Assembly (NCBI GenBank): GCA_963789735.1
Contig: CAWBLV010000006.1
Coordinates: 640,938 to 704,937, forward strand
Length of the DNA stretch: 64,000 bases
Reading direction: 5' to 3'
Source: Candidatus Dormiibacterota bacterium
GTDB lineage: Bacteria > Chloroflexota > Dormibacteria > Aeolococcales > Aeolococcaceae
Shown: positions 1 to 9,143 of the stretch, piece after piece
Layout: each line of letters starts with the position of its first letter
How positions within the stretch are numbered: position 1 is the first letter of the stretch
The notes under the pieces: model-generated
The model's input: the letters and a program-made list of their open reading frames with translations, nothing else
Told to the model about the DNA's origin: nothing
Database searches by the model: none
Translations under genes and position numbers: made by a program

Positions 1-1
1 C

Positions 2-475
2 GAGTGCGTCTATGTCGGCGTCGACGCTCCGCAAATCGGCTCCGGGACTGCGCCCCCACTGCTCGCCATCACGTCGCCGCGGTTGTGCATCGCGCGGTTC
101 CACGGGCGGAATCGCGAGACCTGGTACAAGAACGGGCCCACCAGCGGAGACCGGTTCAACTACCTGTACACGCCGGACGAGCTCGCGGAATGGATTCCGG
201 CAATGCGCGCGGCGAGTGACTCAGGCGTCCCGCTCCACGTGCTGCTGAACAACAACCGGAGCAACTACGCCGTGGTCAACGCATTTGATTTCGGGGCGAT
301 GCTTGGGCTGGGCCTGCCACGGCCGCCGGAGCCCGTGATCGAGACACTCCGTGCACGCGACGGTCGGGTCCCGGAGTGGGTCGAGACCTCGACACCGGTG
401 CCGGTTCTCAGTCCAGCCGCCGGGGAGCAGCCGTCCGAACGGGAAAGCGGGAGCCAGCTGACGCTCTCGCTCTGA
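2..475 (+). CDS. DUF72 (UPF0759) family protein, 5' end outside window
   Basis: Frame is open from the window edge. The C-terminal part reads ARFHGRN..WY..RFNYLYTPDELAEW, which matches my recollection of the DUF72 signature. Confidence 0.6.
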   Translation, partial: ECVYVGVDAPQIGSGTAPPLLAITSPRLCIARFHGRNRETWYKNGPTSGDRFNYLYTPDELAEWIPAMRAASDSGVPLHVLLNNNRSNYAVVNAFDFGAMLGLGLPRPPEPVIETLRARDGRVPEWVETSTPVPVLSPAAGEQPSERESGSQLTLSL

Positions 476-613
476 GGTGCCCATTTGGGGGACAATGGTT
501 GGGGCGGAGGGCGTAATGCCTGCCGGGGTTGGTATTGGAGGTCTTTTGCGATGGCTATGGCGTCCTCTCGACGCAACGACCGTGGACGCCGTCCGGCGGC
601 CAGCGGTGTTGTC

Positions 614-805
614 ATGCGCAATGAATCCGCCACGCACGAGGTTGAAGTCTCCCGGGCTCTCAATCAGTGGGCGGTCACGGTGACCTCGCTGGCCGACAAC
701 CGGATGATCACGCAGGACTTCTTCTCCAGGCGGTGGGAGGCTGTCGCCCGCGCCGAGGACTTCGTCCGGCTTCTGAACCGCTCCGAGCCTCCTCCCGGCT
801 GGTAG
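614..805 (+). CDS. small hypothetical protein
   Basis: ATG at 614 inside the 485..805 ORF. Product MRNESATHEVEVSRALNQWAVTV... has a plausible composition but no recognisable motif. Confidence 0.25.
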   Translation: MRNESATHEVEVSRALNQWAVTVTSLADNRMITQDFFSRRWEAVARAEDFVRLLNRSEPPPGW

Positions 806-810
806 CCGGC

Positions 811-1365
811 TCAGCCGGCCTCGAGGGCGAGCAGGAAGCGCTTGCGCGTCAAGCCGCCGCCGTATCCGCCGATGGCGCCGCCCGTCCGGACCACCCGGTG
901 GCACGGCACGATGACGGGGATCGGATTCGACCCCAGCGCGTTGCCGACGGCTCGCGCTCCGCGCGGCGTACCGACTCCAACGGCGACGTCGCCGTAGCTC
1001 GCCACCGAGCCGTAGGGGATCCGGGCAGTCCGGCGGAGGACGCGGCGAGCGAATTCGCCGGTGAGCGACCAGTCCAGCGGCACGTCGAAGTCGTGCAGCT
1101 TGCCCTCGAAATACTTGTCGAGCTCGCGTCGCACGGGGTCGAGACGGCGCGGCGCCTCAAGGATTCGCGGCGAGAGCTGCTCCGCCACCTCACCGAGGAC
1201 CTCGTCGCGGTTCTCGCTCTCGAACGCGATCCGAACGAGTCCTTTCGGCGTTGCCATCAGCAACAGCGTCCCGATCGGGCTGTCCATCGTCGTCACCGCC
1301 ACGTCGATGAGGCGCTTCGCCTGCGCGCGCTCGACAAACCGGTCCGTCATCGCGTTCGTGATCAC
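811..1365 (-). CDS. ogt: methylated-DNA--protein-cysteine methyltransferase (Ogt/MGMT family)
   Basis: Active-site PCHRVV motif, and IPYGSVASYGDVA...GNALGSNPIPVIVPCHRVV typical of the DNA-binding domain. The GTG start overlaps the upstream stop (GTGA). Confidence 0.9.
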   Translation of the reverse strand: MITNAMTDRFVERAQAKRLIDVAVTTMDSPIGTLLLMATPKGLVRIAFESENRDEVLGEVAEQLSPRILEAPRRLDPVRRELDKYFEGKLHDFDVPLDWSLTGEFARRVLRRTARIPYGSVASYGDVAVGVGTPRGARAVGNALGSNPIPVIVPCHRVVRTGGAIGGYGGGLTRKRFLLALEAG

Positions 1366-1844
1366 CGCAACTCCCTCCTGAGCTTCTTCAGGCCCTCGTG
1401 CACGCTCTGGCGCGCCGAGTCCTGCGTGGTCGACATCGCCTGAGCGATCTCGGGGTAGCTTCTGTCGCCGGCAAAGCGCAGCACCACCGCCTTGCGCTGC
1501 TTGACCGGCAGGCTGCGCACGTGGTCCCAGAGCCCTTCATCGATCTCGGAATGCTCGTCGACCGTCGACCCGGGGTCCGGGTCCGCCACCGGAGCGGGCC
1601 GGCGGGCACGGGCGCGATGGGCGTCGATCGCCTTACGCCGCGCGATCGTGAAGAGCCAGCCGCGCAGGTTGGAGGCGTCCTGGATTCGCGGATAGGCCCT
1701 GAGCGCGCTCAGCATCGTCTCCTGAAAGCAATCCTCGGCCTCGGACGAACCGACCGCTCCCGCGAGGAACGTCAGGACGGCCTGCGCGTGCTCGTCGAAC
1801 ACCAATTGAAATGGCGGCAGTGCTGTCGCTTTCACCGTGCTCAC
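1362..1844 (-). CDS. ECF-type RNA polymerase sigma-70 factor
   Basis: 160 aa with a sigma-2 region (FQETMLSALRAY...GWLFTIARRKAIDAHR) and a sigma-4 region (LPVKQRKAVVLRFAGDRSYPEIAQAM). Confidence 0.85.
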   Translation of the reverse strand: MSTVKATALPPFQLVFDEHAQAVLTFLAGAVGSSEAEDCFQETMLSALRAYPRIQDASNLRGWLFTIARRKAIDAHRARARRPAPVADPDPGSTVDEHSEIDEGLWDHVRSLPVKQRKAVVLRFAGDRSYPEIAQAMSTTQDSARQSVHEGLKKLRRELR

Positions 1845-1883
1845 TGCATATCAAACGCGGGCTCGGGCGTGGTTGTGAGCCGG

Positions 1884-2471
1884 TCAGGCCGGAGGTGCTT
1901 CCTCGACCGGAACCTCCGCGGGAGGGACCTCCACGGGGAAGGCGACCGCGGCCTCGATCACGTCGCCCTCGCGCCAGATCGTGAGGAGCATGGTGTCGCC
2001 CGGCTGGCGCAGGGAGACGGCGCGGCGGAACTGGTCGGCGCCGCCGTTGACGGTGTACGGACCGATCCCGGTGATCACATCCCCTGGCAGGATCCCGGCC
2101 AGCTCAGCGGGCGAACCCGGTTTGACCTGCCCCACTTCGACGCCGTACGTCGCCGGGAGCTGCTTGTCCTTGGCGATCTCGCTCGTGACCGTGCGGACCG
2201 ATGCGCCGAAGGAGACGTGTTGGTCCGGGCTGTCCTCACGCGGAAGGAAGCGCGCGAGTTGTACAGGGTCGTGGCCGACGAGCAGCCGATCGCCCACCTG
2301 GACGACCGGGACGACCACTCTGCCCAGCCGGCCGAAGAGGATTGCGTTCGCGGACGGATCGCTCAGCACGTCTCGCTTCGTGTACGCCACCCCGCGTTGA
2401 TCGAGGTATCGAAGGGTTGCCTCCGACGCCGGGTCCCCGGCACGAACAAAGACCGTGACCGCGTCGCTCAC
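1884..2471 (-). CDS. glutaredoxin-like domain fused to a PDZ domain
   Basis: N-terminal Grx/NrdH-like fold pattern (TVFVRAG....YLDQRGVAYTKRDV...VPVVQVGD.LLVGHDP). C-terminal PDZ pattern (GVEVGQVKPGSPAELAGILPGDVITGIG). No CxxC motif is present. Confidence 0.65.
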   Translation of the reverse strand: MSDAVTVFVRAGDPASEATLRYLDQRGVAYTKRDVLSDPSANAILFGRLGRVVVPVVQVGDRLLVGHDPVQLARFLPREDSPDQHVSFGASVRTVTSEIAKDKQLPATYGVEVGQVKPGSPAELAGILPGDVITGIGPYTVNGGADQFRRAVSLRQPGDTMLLTIWREGDVIEAAVAFPVEVPPAEVPVEEAPPA

Positions 2472-2476
2472 GTCCG

Positions 2477-5246
2477 TCAGGCCTCGGGGGATTCCCCGGC
2501 CGCGGCAGGTGCTGTGGTCGGCTGATCGTCCGGAGGAGCTCCCGCGTTCTCTCCCGATTCACCCCCCGGCTGGGTCAGCGCCTGGCCGCGACCACGGCCA
2601 CGACGGCGGCGACGGCGGCGGCGGCGCTGGCCGCCTTCCTGAGGCTGACCTTCTACCGCGGGAGCCGGCGGGCCGAGAATCTCGGCGCCGGGTTCGGTCG
2701 ATGCAGTGAGAGGAGCGGCGGCGCCACGCCTGCCACGACGGCGACGACGGCGGCGCTTTGCGGCACGCTCGGGATCGGTCTCGTCGCCGCCCTCACCACC
2801 TGACGGCTGGCCTTGCGGACGGGGCTCGCCACGCCGCGGCTTGGGCTGGGAAACGAGTTCGAGTGCGCTGAGCCAGCCACCCGTGGAACGAGACGCCTCG
2901 ACGAGCATTCCGTACATCGACTCGTCGCCGCTTCGCAGCGTGGCGCTGTCGCCGATGCACGCGACCAGTCGCTTCGCGCGCGAGATGGCCACGTTGAGGC
3001 GGTTCGGGACTCGCAGGAAGCCGATGCGGCCACGCTCGTTGGAGCGTACGAGGGAGATCACGACGATGTCCTCCTCGCGACCCTCGAATGAGTCGACCGT
3101 ATCGATCTTCACCGTTCGCTTGAAGCGGCGCCGGCCGAGCGCCTGGCGAAGCCGTTCCACCTGCTCGGCGTACATGGCGATCACCGCCATGCTCAGCTCG
3201 CGGGGAGCTCGCTCATCAAGGAGCCGAACCACCTGCGCCGCAACGCGAACCTCCGCTTCGTTCCGGAGCGCGCCGCCCGGGTCCGCGCCGCTCGCGACCG
3301 CCACGCATGCCTTCGGTGTCGACGAAGTGGAGGGCCACCGGGAACGGCTTGCGCGTGATGTAGTCGTACGCCTCCACCTCGGGAGCGTTCTCGAGCTGGC
3401 TGTCATACGACGCCGCGGAGACGTACGCCGCGATATCCGGGTGCATGCGGTGCTGGATGGTCAGCAGGCACTGCGCCTCGGCGGGAAGGCCGCCGTCCCA
3501 GCACTGTTCGAAAAGGCTGCGGTTGACCAGATCCTCGAGCGCCGGGTCGATCTCGACGATGCCGTACAACGCATCGTCCTCGACCGGTGGCAACTGCTTG
3601 TGGTCACCCACGAGCGCCAGGCTGCGGCCCAGGCGCAGGGCCGGGAGCGCCTCGTCGGCGCGAGCCTTGTTCGCCTCGTCGAGGATGACGATGTCGAAGT
3701 TCATGTCGGTGATGCCGGACGTCGCCGCGGTGGCACAGGTGGCGAAATAGCAGTTGGCCTCGAGCAGGCGGGGGTCGTCCTCGTCGTCGCAGCGGAACTT
3801 GTCGACAGCCGGGTGCACGCGCTCGGCGCGGGCGACGCGCACGGCGCGCATTCCAGGGGTTCCGGCGAGGCGCTCGAGCGCGTTGTCCACGGCGAGGTTG
3901 CTGTGCGACGTCACCAGGATCCGCTCGTCGGGGTTTGCCGCCAGGCGGCGCTTGACCGCTTCCACGATGACGGTGGTCTTGCCCGTACCCGGGGGTCCCT
4001 GGATGAACACCGCCTCGCCGGCCGCCAGGCGGCTGAGCAACCCCACCGCGCGGTTCTGCGGCTTGTTGGGGCGCATGCCGCTCGTGAGCCAGGAGGACTC
4101 CGCGTCCGATTCGTCCTTGGGGGCAATGATCGTCTCGGGACTCACGAGGAGCTGGGCGAGCAGCCCGACACCGAAGTCCTTGGTCGCAATCGCCGCCAGC
4201 ACCGATCGTTTGGCCTGGTAGAGCGCTTTGTTGAAGGACGGAGCGATGTATCCCTCACTCCCGGAGTGCTCGAAGGTGCGGGTGACGATCTCCACCACGT
4301 GACGCTGGTGGTCGATGCGCGCGACGCGGCCCACGAAATTCGTCTCGTCGTCGGGCTCGATGAGCACTGCGGCGTCAGGGGTGAGATTGATCGGCTCCCC
4401 GATCGGGATCTGGAACTCGACCTTGCCGACCTCGGGTGACTTGCGGTCGGCGTCCGTGAACTCCCGCCCGCAGGACGGGCACCGCTCCTGGCTCTCCGGG
4501 CGCCACAGCGCGCGGCAGGTCCGGCAGCGCCAGAACTCGCGGGCGCCGTTGAACCGGGTGCGCTGGGACTGCGCCCGCTGCTTCTCAGCTCGCTCGAGGC
4601 TGTCGACCAGCTTGAGCGTCGCGTAGAGCTGCTCCGAGCGTGCCGCGTGCTGGGTCGAGATCCGCCAGTCGAGCAGGCGGAACGTGTCGCTGGCGACGCC
4701 GTTTGCCGCAGTCACGATCGGCTCGCGGGTGGTGATCGTGAGGAGCTTGGCGCCCTCGGGCTGTCCACCCGTCGGCCTGATGGAGAGCACGCGGAGTCCG
4801 AGGTGCTCACGAGTGCCGTCCGGCCCGGCTTGCGCGACGCACTGCAGGACCAGGTCGGGAAGATCGAGACGCAACTGGATCGGATCCTCATCTCCGAATG
4901 AGACGGAGACGTGGCCGACTTCACCGATGCGTTCGGCAAAAACCGACCGTGGATCGGCGCCGGGCTGCGAACCATTCGCCCATGCTTCCAGGACGACCAT
5001 GGCATCGCTGCCGTCGGGCACGATGAGGTGCAGACGATCGAGCGCGAGGTCTGGGGCTATCAGCGGACTGTCAACCTCGGATGCGTGGTGGCCCCGTCCA
5101 CCGACGCAATTACTGGACTTCGAGACGGCCTCGGGCTGAGCTCTTTGACGCGGGGCGACGATCCAATCGACGTCAACCGCGGGGATGCGCGAGGCCTCCC
5201 GTCTGCGAATGACTATACCCGATCCCGGCGCGGATGCAACGTACAC
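2477..5246 (-). pseudogene. Upf1/DNA2-like SF1 helicase (AAA_11/AAA_12 type) with N-terminal zinc ribbon and Arg-rich tail; reading frame broken near 3265-3310
   Basis: - Walker A: FIQGPPGTGKTT.
- Other helicase motifs: ILDEANK, GDHKQLPPV, TIQHRMHP.
- The C-terminal helicase motifs (NEAEVRV..., VDSFEGREEDIVVISLVRSN, NRLNVAISRAK) lie in a different frame (ORF 2477..3406).
- The true start is uncertain and is probably downstream of 5246. Confidence 0.75.
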
Positions 5247-5278
5247 GTCGTGGGCCGCGTGTCAACTACGATCATGCA

Positions 5279-5776
5279 ATGGGCGACGTATCCCAACCCG
5301 GCGTTGACCTGAGTGGTATCCACTCGGAGCTGGACAAGCTCAAGTCGCGCCTGTGCCGGTGCCAGCACCAGGGCACCTGCATGTCCTGCAAGGGATTCGA
5401 GGTCATCCGTCAGCAGGTGCAGGTGGTGGTGGCCGCTGCCTCACAACCCGTGCTGATGCAGGTGGCACAGGAAGTGCAGATGGAGCAACTCATGTCCCAG
5501 CTGGGCGGCCTGCAGGAAAAGCTCTCCGAGGATCCGCAGCTCCAGGACATGATGGCCCGCATGTTCGAGCGGGTCCAGGACGATCTCGGTGGACCCGAGC
5601 AGTTTCAGCAGATGCTCGGCGGCCTGTTCGGGGGCCTGGGTGGTATGCCCGGCATGACGCCCGACGGCACCGACATCCCTCCGGACGACCGCCCGATACC
5701 GCCCGACGATCGGAAATCGCCACCCAAGGACAAGCCCACCGCTCCCGACGACCGGCCGAACACCCCGGCGGAGTAG
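5279..5776 (+). CDS. hypothetical Gln/Met-rich protein with C-terminal PPDDR-type repeats
   Basis: ATG at 5279. Has a Cys cluster (CRCQHQGTCMSCKG) and repeated IPPDDRPIPPDDRKSPPKDKPTAPDDRP. No family recognised. Confidence 0.45.
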   Translation: MGDVSQPGVDLSGIHSELDKLKSRLCRCQHQGTCMSCKGFEVIRQQVQVVVAAASQPVLMQVAQEVQMEQLMSQLGGLQEKLSEDPQLQDMMARMFERVQDDLGGPEQFQQMLGGLFGGLGGMPGMTPDGTDIPPDDRPIPPDDRKSPPKDKPTAPDDRPNTPAE

Positions 5777-5783
5777 CCGAGCG

Positions 5784-6734
5784 ATGTCCACGGCGCGCCT
5801 TCGCCGGTCGGTTCTTGCCGTTCCTGGCAGCAACCCGCGGATGATGGAGAAGGCAGCGTCCAGCGCCGCCGACGAGGTGTTCCTGGACCTCGAGGATGCG
5901 TGCGCGCCGCTGGAGAAGCCAGCGGCTCGCGGCAAGGTCGTGGAGGCGCTGCGGACTCACGACTGGCACGGCAAGACGCGGGTCGTGCGCATCAACCAGG
6001 TGACCAGCCAGTTCGCGTTCGACGACCTTCGTGAGGTCGTGACCGGGGCCGGCGAGGGGCTCGACTGCATCATGGTGCCGAAGGTGCGCAACGCCGGCGA
6101 CGTCGCATTCGTCGACCGCGCGCTCATGCAGCTCGAGCAGTCACTCGGGCTCGAGGTCGGTCGCATCGGTATCGAGGCGCAGATCGAGGATGCCGAAGGG
6201 CTGATGCGCGCGGACGAGATTGCGTTTTCGAGTGATCGTCTGGAGACGCTCACCTATGGTCCCGCGGACTTTTCTGCGTCGATGCAGCTGCCGTCGCTGT
6301 CGGTGCGCAACGACTACAACTACCCGGGCGACATTTTTCACTACGTGCTGTTCCGGCTCGCTGTCGCCGCGCGCGCCGCGGGCATCCAGGTGATCGACGG
6401 GCCATACCTCGCAATCCACGACGTCGAGGGATATCGCGCTTCCGCCTCGCGTGCGGCAGCGCTCGGTTACGACGGAAAGTGGGTGCTGCACCCGGTGCAG
6501 ATCGAGCCTGCCAACGAAACGTTCACGCCCGCACAAGCCGATTTCGACAAGGCGGCGCGGATGCTCGAGGCATACCGGCACGCAACGGAGATCGACCGCA
6601 AAGGCGCGGTGATGCTCGATGACGAGATGATCGACGAAGCATCGCGCAAGATCGCCATGCAGTTTTATGCACGCGGCGTGGCCGCTGGCCTCACGCCCAC
6701 GCCCGCAAACGACGAGAGCTCCGCAGCGGGCTGA
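5784..6734 (+). CDS. HpcH/HpaI aldolase / citrate lyase beta (CitE)-like CoA-ester lyase
   Basis: RRSVLAVPGSNPRMMEKAASSAADEVFLDLEDA and later GYDGKWVLHPVQI are typical of CitE / malyl-CoA lyase-like proteins. Confidence 0.8.
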   Translation: MSTARLRRSVLAVPGSNPRMMEKAASSAADEVFLDLEDACAPLEKPAARGKVVEALRTHDWHGKTRVVRINQVTSQFAFDDLREVVTGAGEGLDCIMVPKVRNAGDVAFVDRALMQLEQSLGLEVGRIGIEAQIEDAEGLMRADEIAFSSDRLETLTYGPADFSASMQLPSLSVRNDYNYPGDIFHYVLFRLAVAARAAGIQVIDGPYLAIHDVEGYRASASRAAALGYDGKWVLHPVQIEPANETFTPAQADFDKAARMLEAYRHATEIDRKGAVMLDDEMIDEASRKIAMQFYARGVAAGLTPTPANDESSAAG

Positions 6735-6756
6735 CCCGCTGGGACCGATCGGGGCT

Positions 6757-6779
6757 ATGTGATATCGTGACTATCACAT
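6757..6779. promoter_or_regulatory. perfect 8-bp inverted repeat ATGTGATA-N7-TATCACAT upstream of the MMPL gene (candidate operator)
   Basis: Read directly from the sequence. It is an AT-rich palindrome in a GC-rich spacer, a few bp before the first possible start of the downstream gene. Confidence 0.4.
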
Positions 6780-6785
6780 TTAGCG

Positions 6786-9143
6786 TTGAGGGATTGTCGC
6801 TTGCCCGGTTATCAGCCACACGCTCCCACCGCGCCCCCAGTGCCGGTCGCGCCCGCGCCGTCTCCGCAGCGCGATCCTGACGCTGGTAACGGCGACTCCT
6901 CGACCCCACCGTTGCTCTGGCGCATCTACGCGGCACTGACGGCGTACCTGGGACTGCCGGTCATCGCGGGGTGGATCGCCGTCACGATCGCGGCAGCGGT
7001 GTTGCTCCCCACTTTCGGCGCAGGCTCCGGATTCGGGCTTGTGCAGTTCGTACCGGACAACACAGCTGCATACCGCTCGCAGGCGACCGAGCAGCGGCTC
7101 TTCGGCTCGTCGCTCTCGGACAGTCAGGCGATGGTCGTCGAACACGATCCGCGAGGCCTCAGTAGCGCAACCCTGCTGCAGATCGAGCACCAGACACAGG
7201 TCGTCGATGGCTCACACGCAGCGACAACCGCGCCGGACAAGCCCGACTTTGCGCTTCCGCTCGTCAACGTGCCCGGAGTGCTCTCCGCGACGCGACAACC
7301 AGCGACGACCGTGGTGACCTTTCTCTTCTTTCCCGAAGCCGCTCAGTCGGGCGACATCACGGGTGGCGCCGAGCATTACGCAGCATCCGCTCCCCGTCCC
7401 CCGGGGGCGTCGCTCGGCGTGACGGGACCGCTTCCCGCGCAGATCGCTGAGGGAGATCTCATCGAGAACGCGTTGCTGGCGCTCGAATTGGTGACCGTGC
7501 TCGTCATAGCGCTGCTGGTCGGCATGATCTTCAGGTCACCAGTCGCACCGGTGGTGCCGTTGGCCGGCGCCGGAGTCGCCTACCTCGTGACCAGCCATGT
7601 GCTCGGCTGGGGCGCGCAGATGCTGCGCCTGCAGATTCCTTCCCAGCTCGCGCCGATCATGATTGTCCTGATCCTCGGTGTGGTGACCGATTACTCGGTC
7701 TTCACGTTGACGGGAATGCGCTCGCGGCTGGCAACAGGCGAGAGGCGAACGCGGGCATTGCGCCATGCGCTATCGCGCGTTGTCCCGCTCGTGATCGCGG
7801 CTGCCTTGACGGTTGCCGCGGGCACCGTGGCCCTGGTTGGCGCGAATCTCGATTTCTTTCACGCCGTCGGTCCCGGAATGGCTGTGGCTGTCGTCGTCTC
7901 CGGGCTCGTGTCAGTGTCGTTCGTCCCGGCGCTTGTCGGAGTGCTCGGACGCACGGCCTTCTGGCCAAGCTTGCCGCAGCGCCGCGCAGTCAGGCTCGTG
8001 CCTCGCGCCGATGCGGGCGGGGGTCGGCGCGTTATTGCGAGGCTGCTCAGCCGGCGCTGGGCGGCTGTCGTCGCCATCGTGCTGTGCAGCGCGGCGCTGC
8101 TGACTGGGGCGAGCGGACTCGTTCATGCCCGCCTTGGCACAAACGTGGTCAGTGGACTGCCGGCCACGAGCGAGCCGCGTGAGGCAGCACGCGCTGCGTC
8201 GGCAGGCTTCGGACCCGGGATCGTCGGACCCGCGACGCTGCTTCTTCAAGGTCAGGGCGTCGCCCGGCAGACTGCGTCGATTGCACGTCTCGAGGACACG
8301 ATCAAGTCCGATCCTGGCGTGGAGGCCGTCGCCGGCCCTGGTGAGCTGCCGTTGGATCTGGGTGCCTCCGTCTTCGCCAGCGCGAATGGCGACGCGGTCC
8401 GGCTCTTCGTCGTGTTTCGCGATGATCCGTACAACGCTCAAGCCATCGAGGCATTCGTGGCGTTGGACGGCAAGGTCAGGCGCGCGCTTCCTGCCGAAGG
8501 TCTCGCACAGGCGACGGCGTCTTGGTCAGGCGCAACGCCCACCGCGGAAGAGGCCGTGTCGGCAACCGAAACGGACATCTGGCGCGTGGTGCTCTTCGCG
8601 GCCGTGCTCATGAGCCTCGTGCTCATGGTCTATTTCCGAGCAATCCTCGCACCGCTGCTGCTGATCGCATCGAGTGCCCTCGGTCTCGCAGCGTCACTCG
8701 GCTTGTTCGTCGATGTCTTCCAGGGCCCGCTCGGATACCCCGACGTCACCTTCTTCGTGCCGGTGACCGCCGGATTGCTTCTGGTCTCGCTGGGTGCCGA
8801 CTACAGCGTGTTCGTGATGGGCCGCATCTGGGAGGAAGCCCGTGGCCGCGACATGCGAGGCGCGATCGAGGCTGCGCTCCCACGGGCTTCCGGAGCGGTT
8901 TCGATCGCGGCGGTGACGCTCGCCGCCAGCTTTTCGGTCCTCGCCATCGTGCCGATCCAGGCGTTCCGTGAGTTCGCGTTCATCATGGCTGTGGGTGTGC
9001 TCATCGACGCGTTCGTGGTGCGGACGTTGCTCCTGCCAGCATTGCTCGTGCTCGCCGGACCAGGAGCGTTCTGGCCGCATCGGACCCGAGGCGATTCGGG
9101 GCTCTCGGAGAACTCGCGCCGGCTCTCGTCGCCAGTTCGCTAG
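6786..9143 (+). CDS. MMPL / RND-superfamily membrane transporter
   Basis: Two blocks of multiple hydrophobic helices separated by soluble domains. The GADYSVFVMGRIWEE and VVTDYSVFTL motifs are typical of MMPL proteins. The start is uncertain (TTG at 6786 or later). Confidence 0.8.
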   Translation: MRDCRLPGYQPHAPTAPPVPVAPAPSPQRDPDAGNGDSSTPPLLWRIYAALTAYLGLPVIAGWIAVTIAAAVLLPTFGAGSGFGLVQFVPDNTAAYRSQATEQRLFGSSLSDSQAMVVEHDPRGLSSATLLQIEHQTQVVDGSHAATTAPDKPDFALPLVNVPGVLSATRQPATTVVTFLFFPEAAQSGDITGGAEHYAASAPRPPGASLGVTGPLPAQIAEGDLIENALLALELVTVLVIALLVGMIFRSPVAPVVPLAGAGVAYLVTSHVLGWGAQMLRLQIPSQLAPIMIVLILGVVTDYSVFTLTGMRSRLATGERRTRALRHALSRVVPLVIAAALTVAAGTVALVGANLDFFHAVGPGMAVAVVVSGLVSVSFVPALVGVLGRTAFWPSLPQRRAVRLVPRADAGGGRRVIARLLSRRWAAVVAIVLCSAALLTGASGLVHARLGTNVVSGLPATSEPREAARAASAGFGPGIVGPATLLLQGQGVARQTASIARLEDTIKSDPGVEAVAGPGELPLDLGASVFASANGDAVRLFVVFRDDPYNAQAIEAFVALDGKVRRALPAEGLAQATASWSGATPTAEEAVSATETDIWRVVLFAAVLMSLVLMVYFRAILAPLLLIASSALGLAASLGLFVDVFQGPLGYPDVTFFVPVTAGLLLVSLGADYSVFVMGRIWEEARGRDMRGAIEAALPRASGAVSIAAVTLAASFSVLAIVPIQAFREFAFIMAVGVLIDAFVVRTLLLPALLVLAGPGAFWPHRTRGDSGLSENSRRLSSPVR

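Noticed and set aside
5234-5246. Helicase start at 5246 overlapping the divergent ORF start at 5234
   Set aside because: Both longest-ORF starts are probably over-extended. The plus-strand gene more plausibly starts at the ATG at 5279, and the helicase at an internal start. I could not fix the helicase start from sequence alone.
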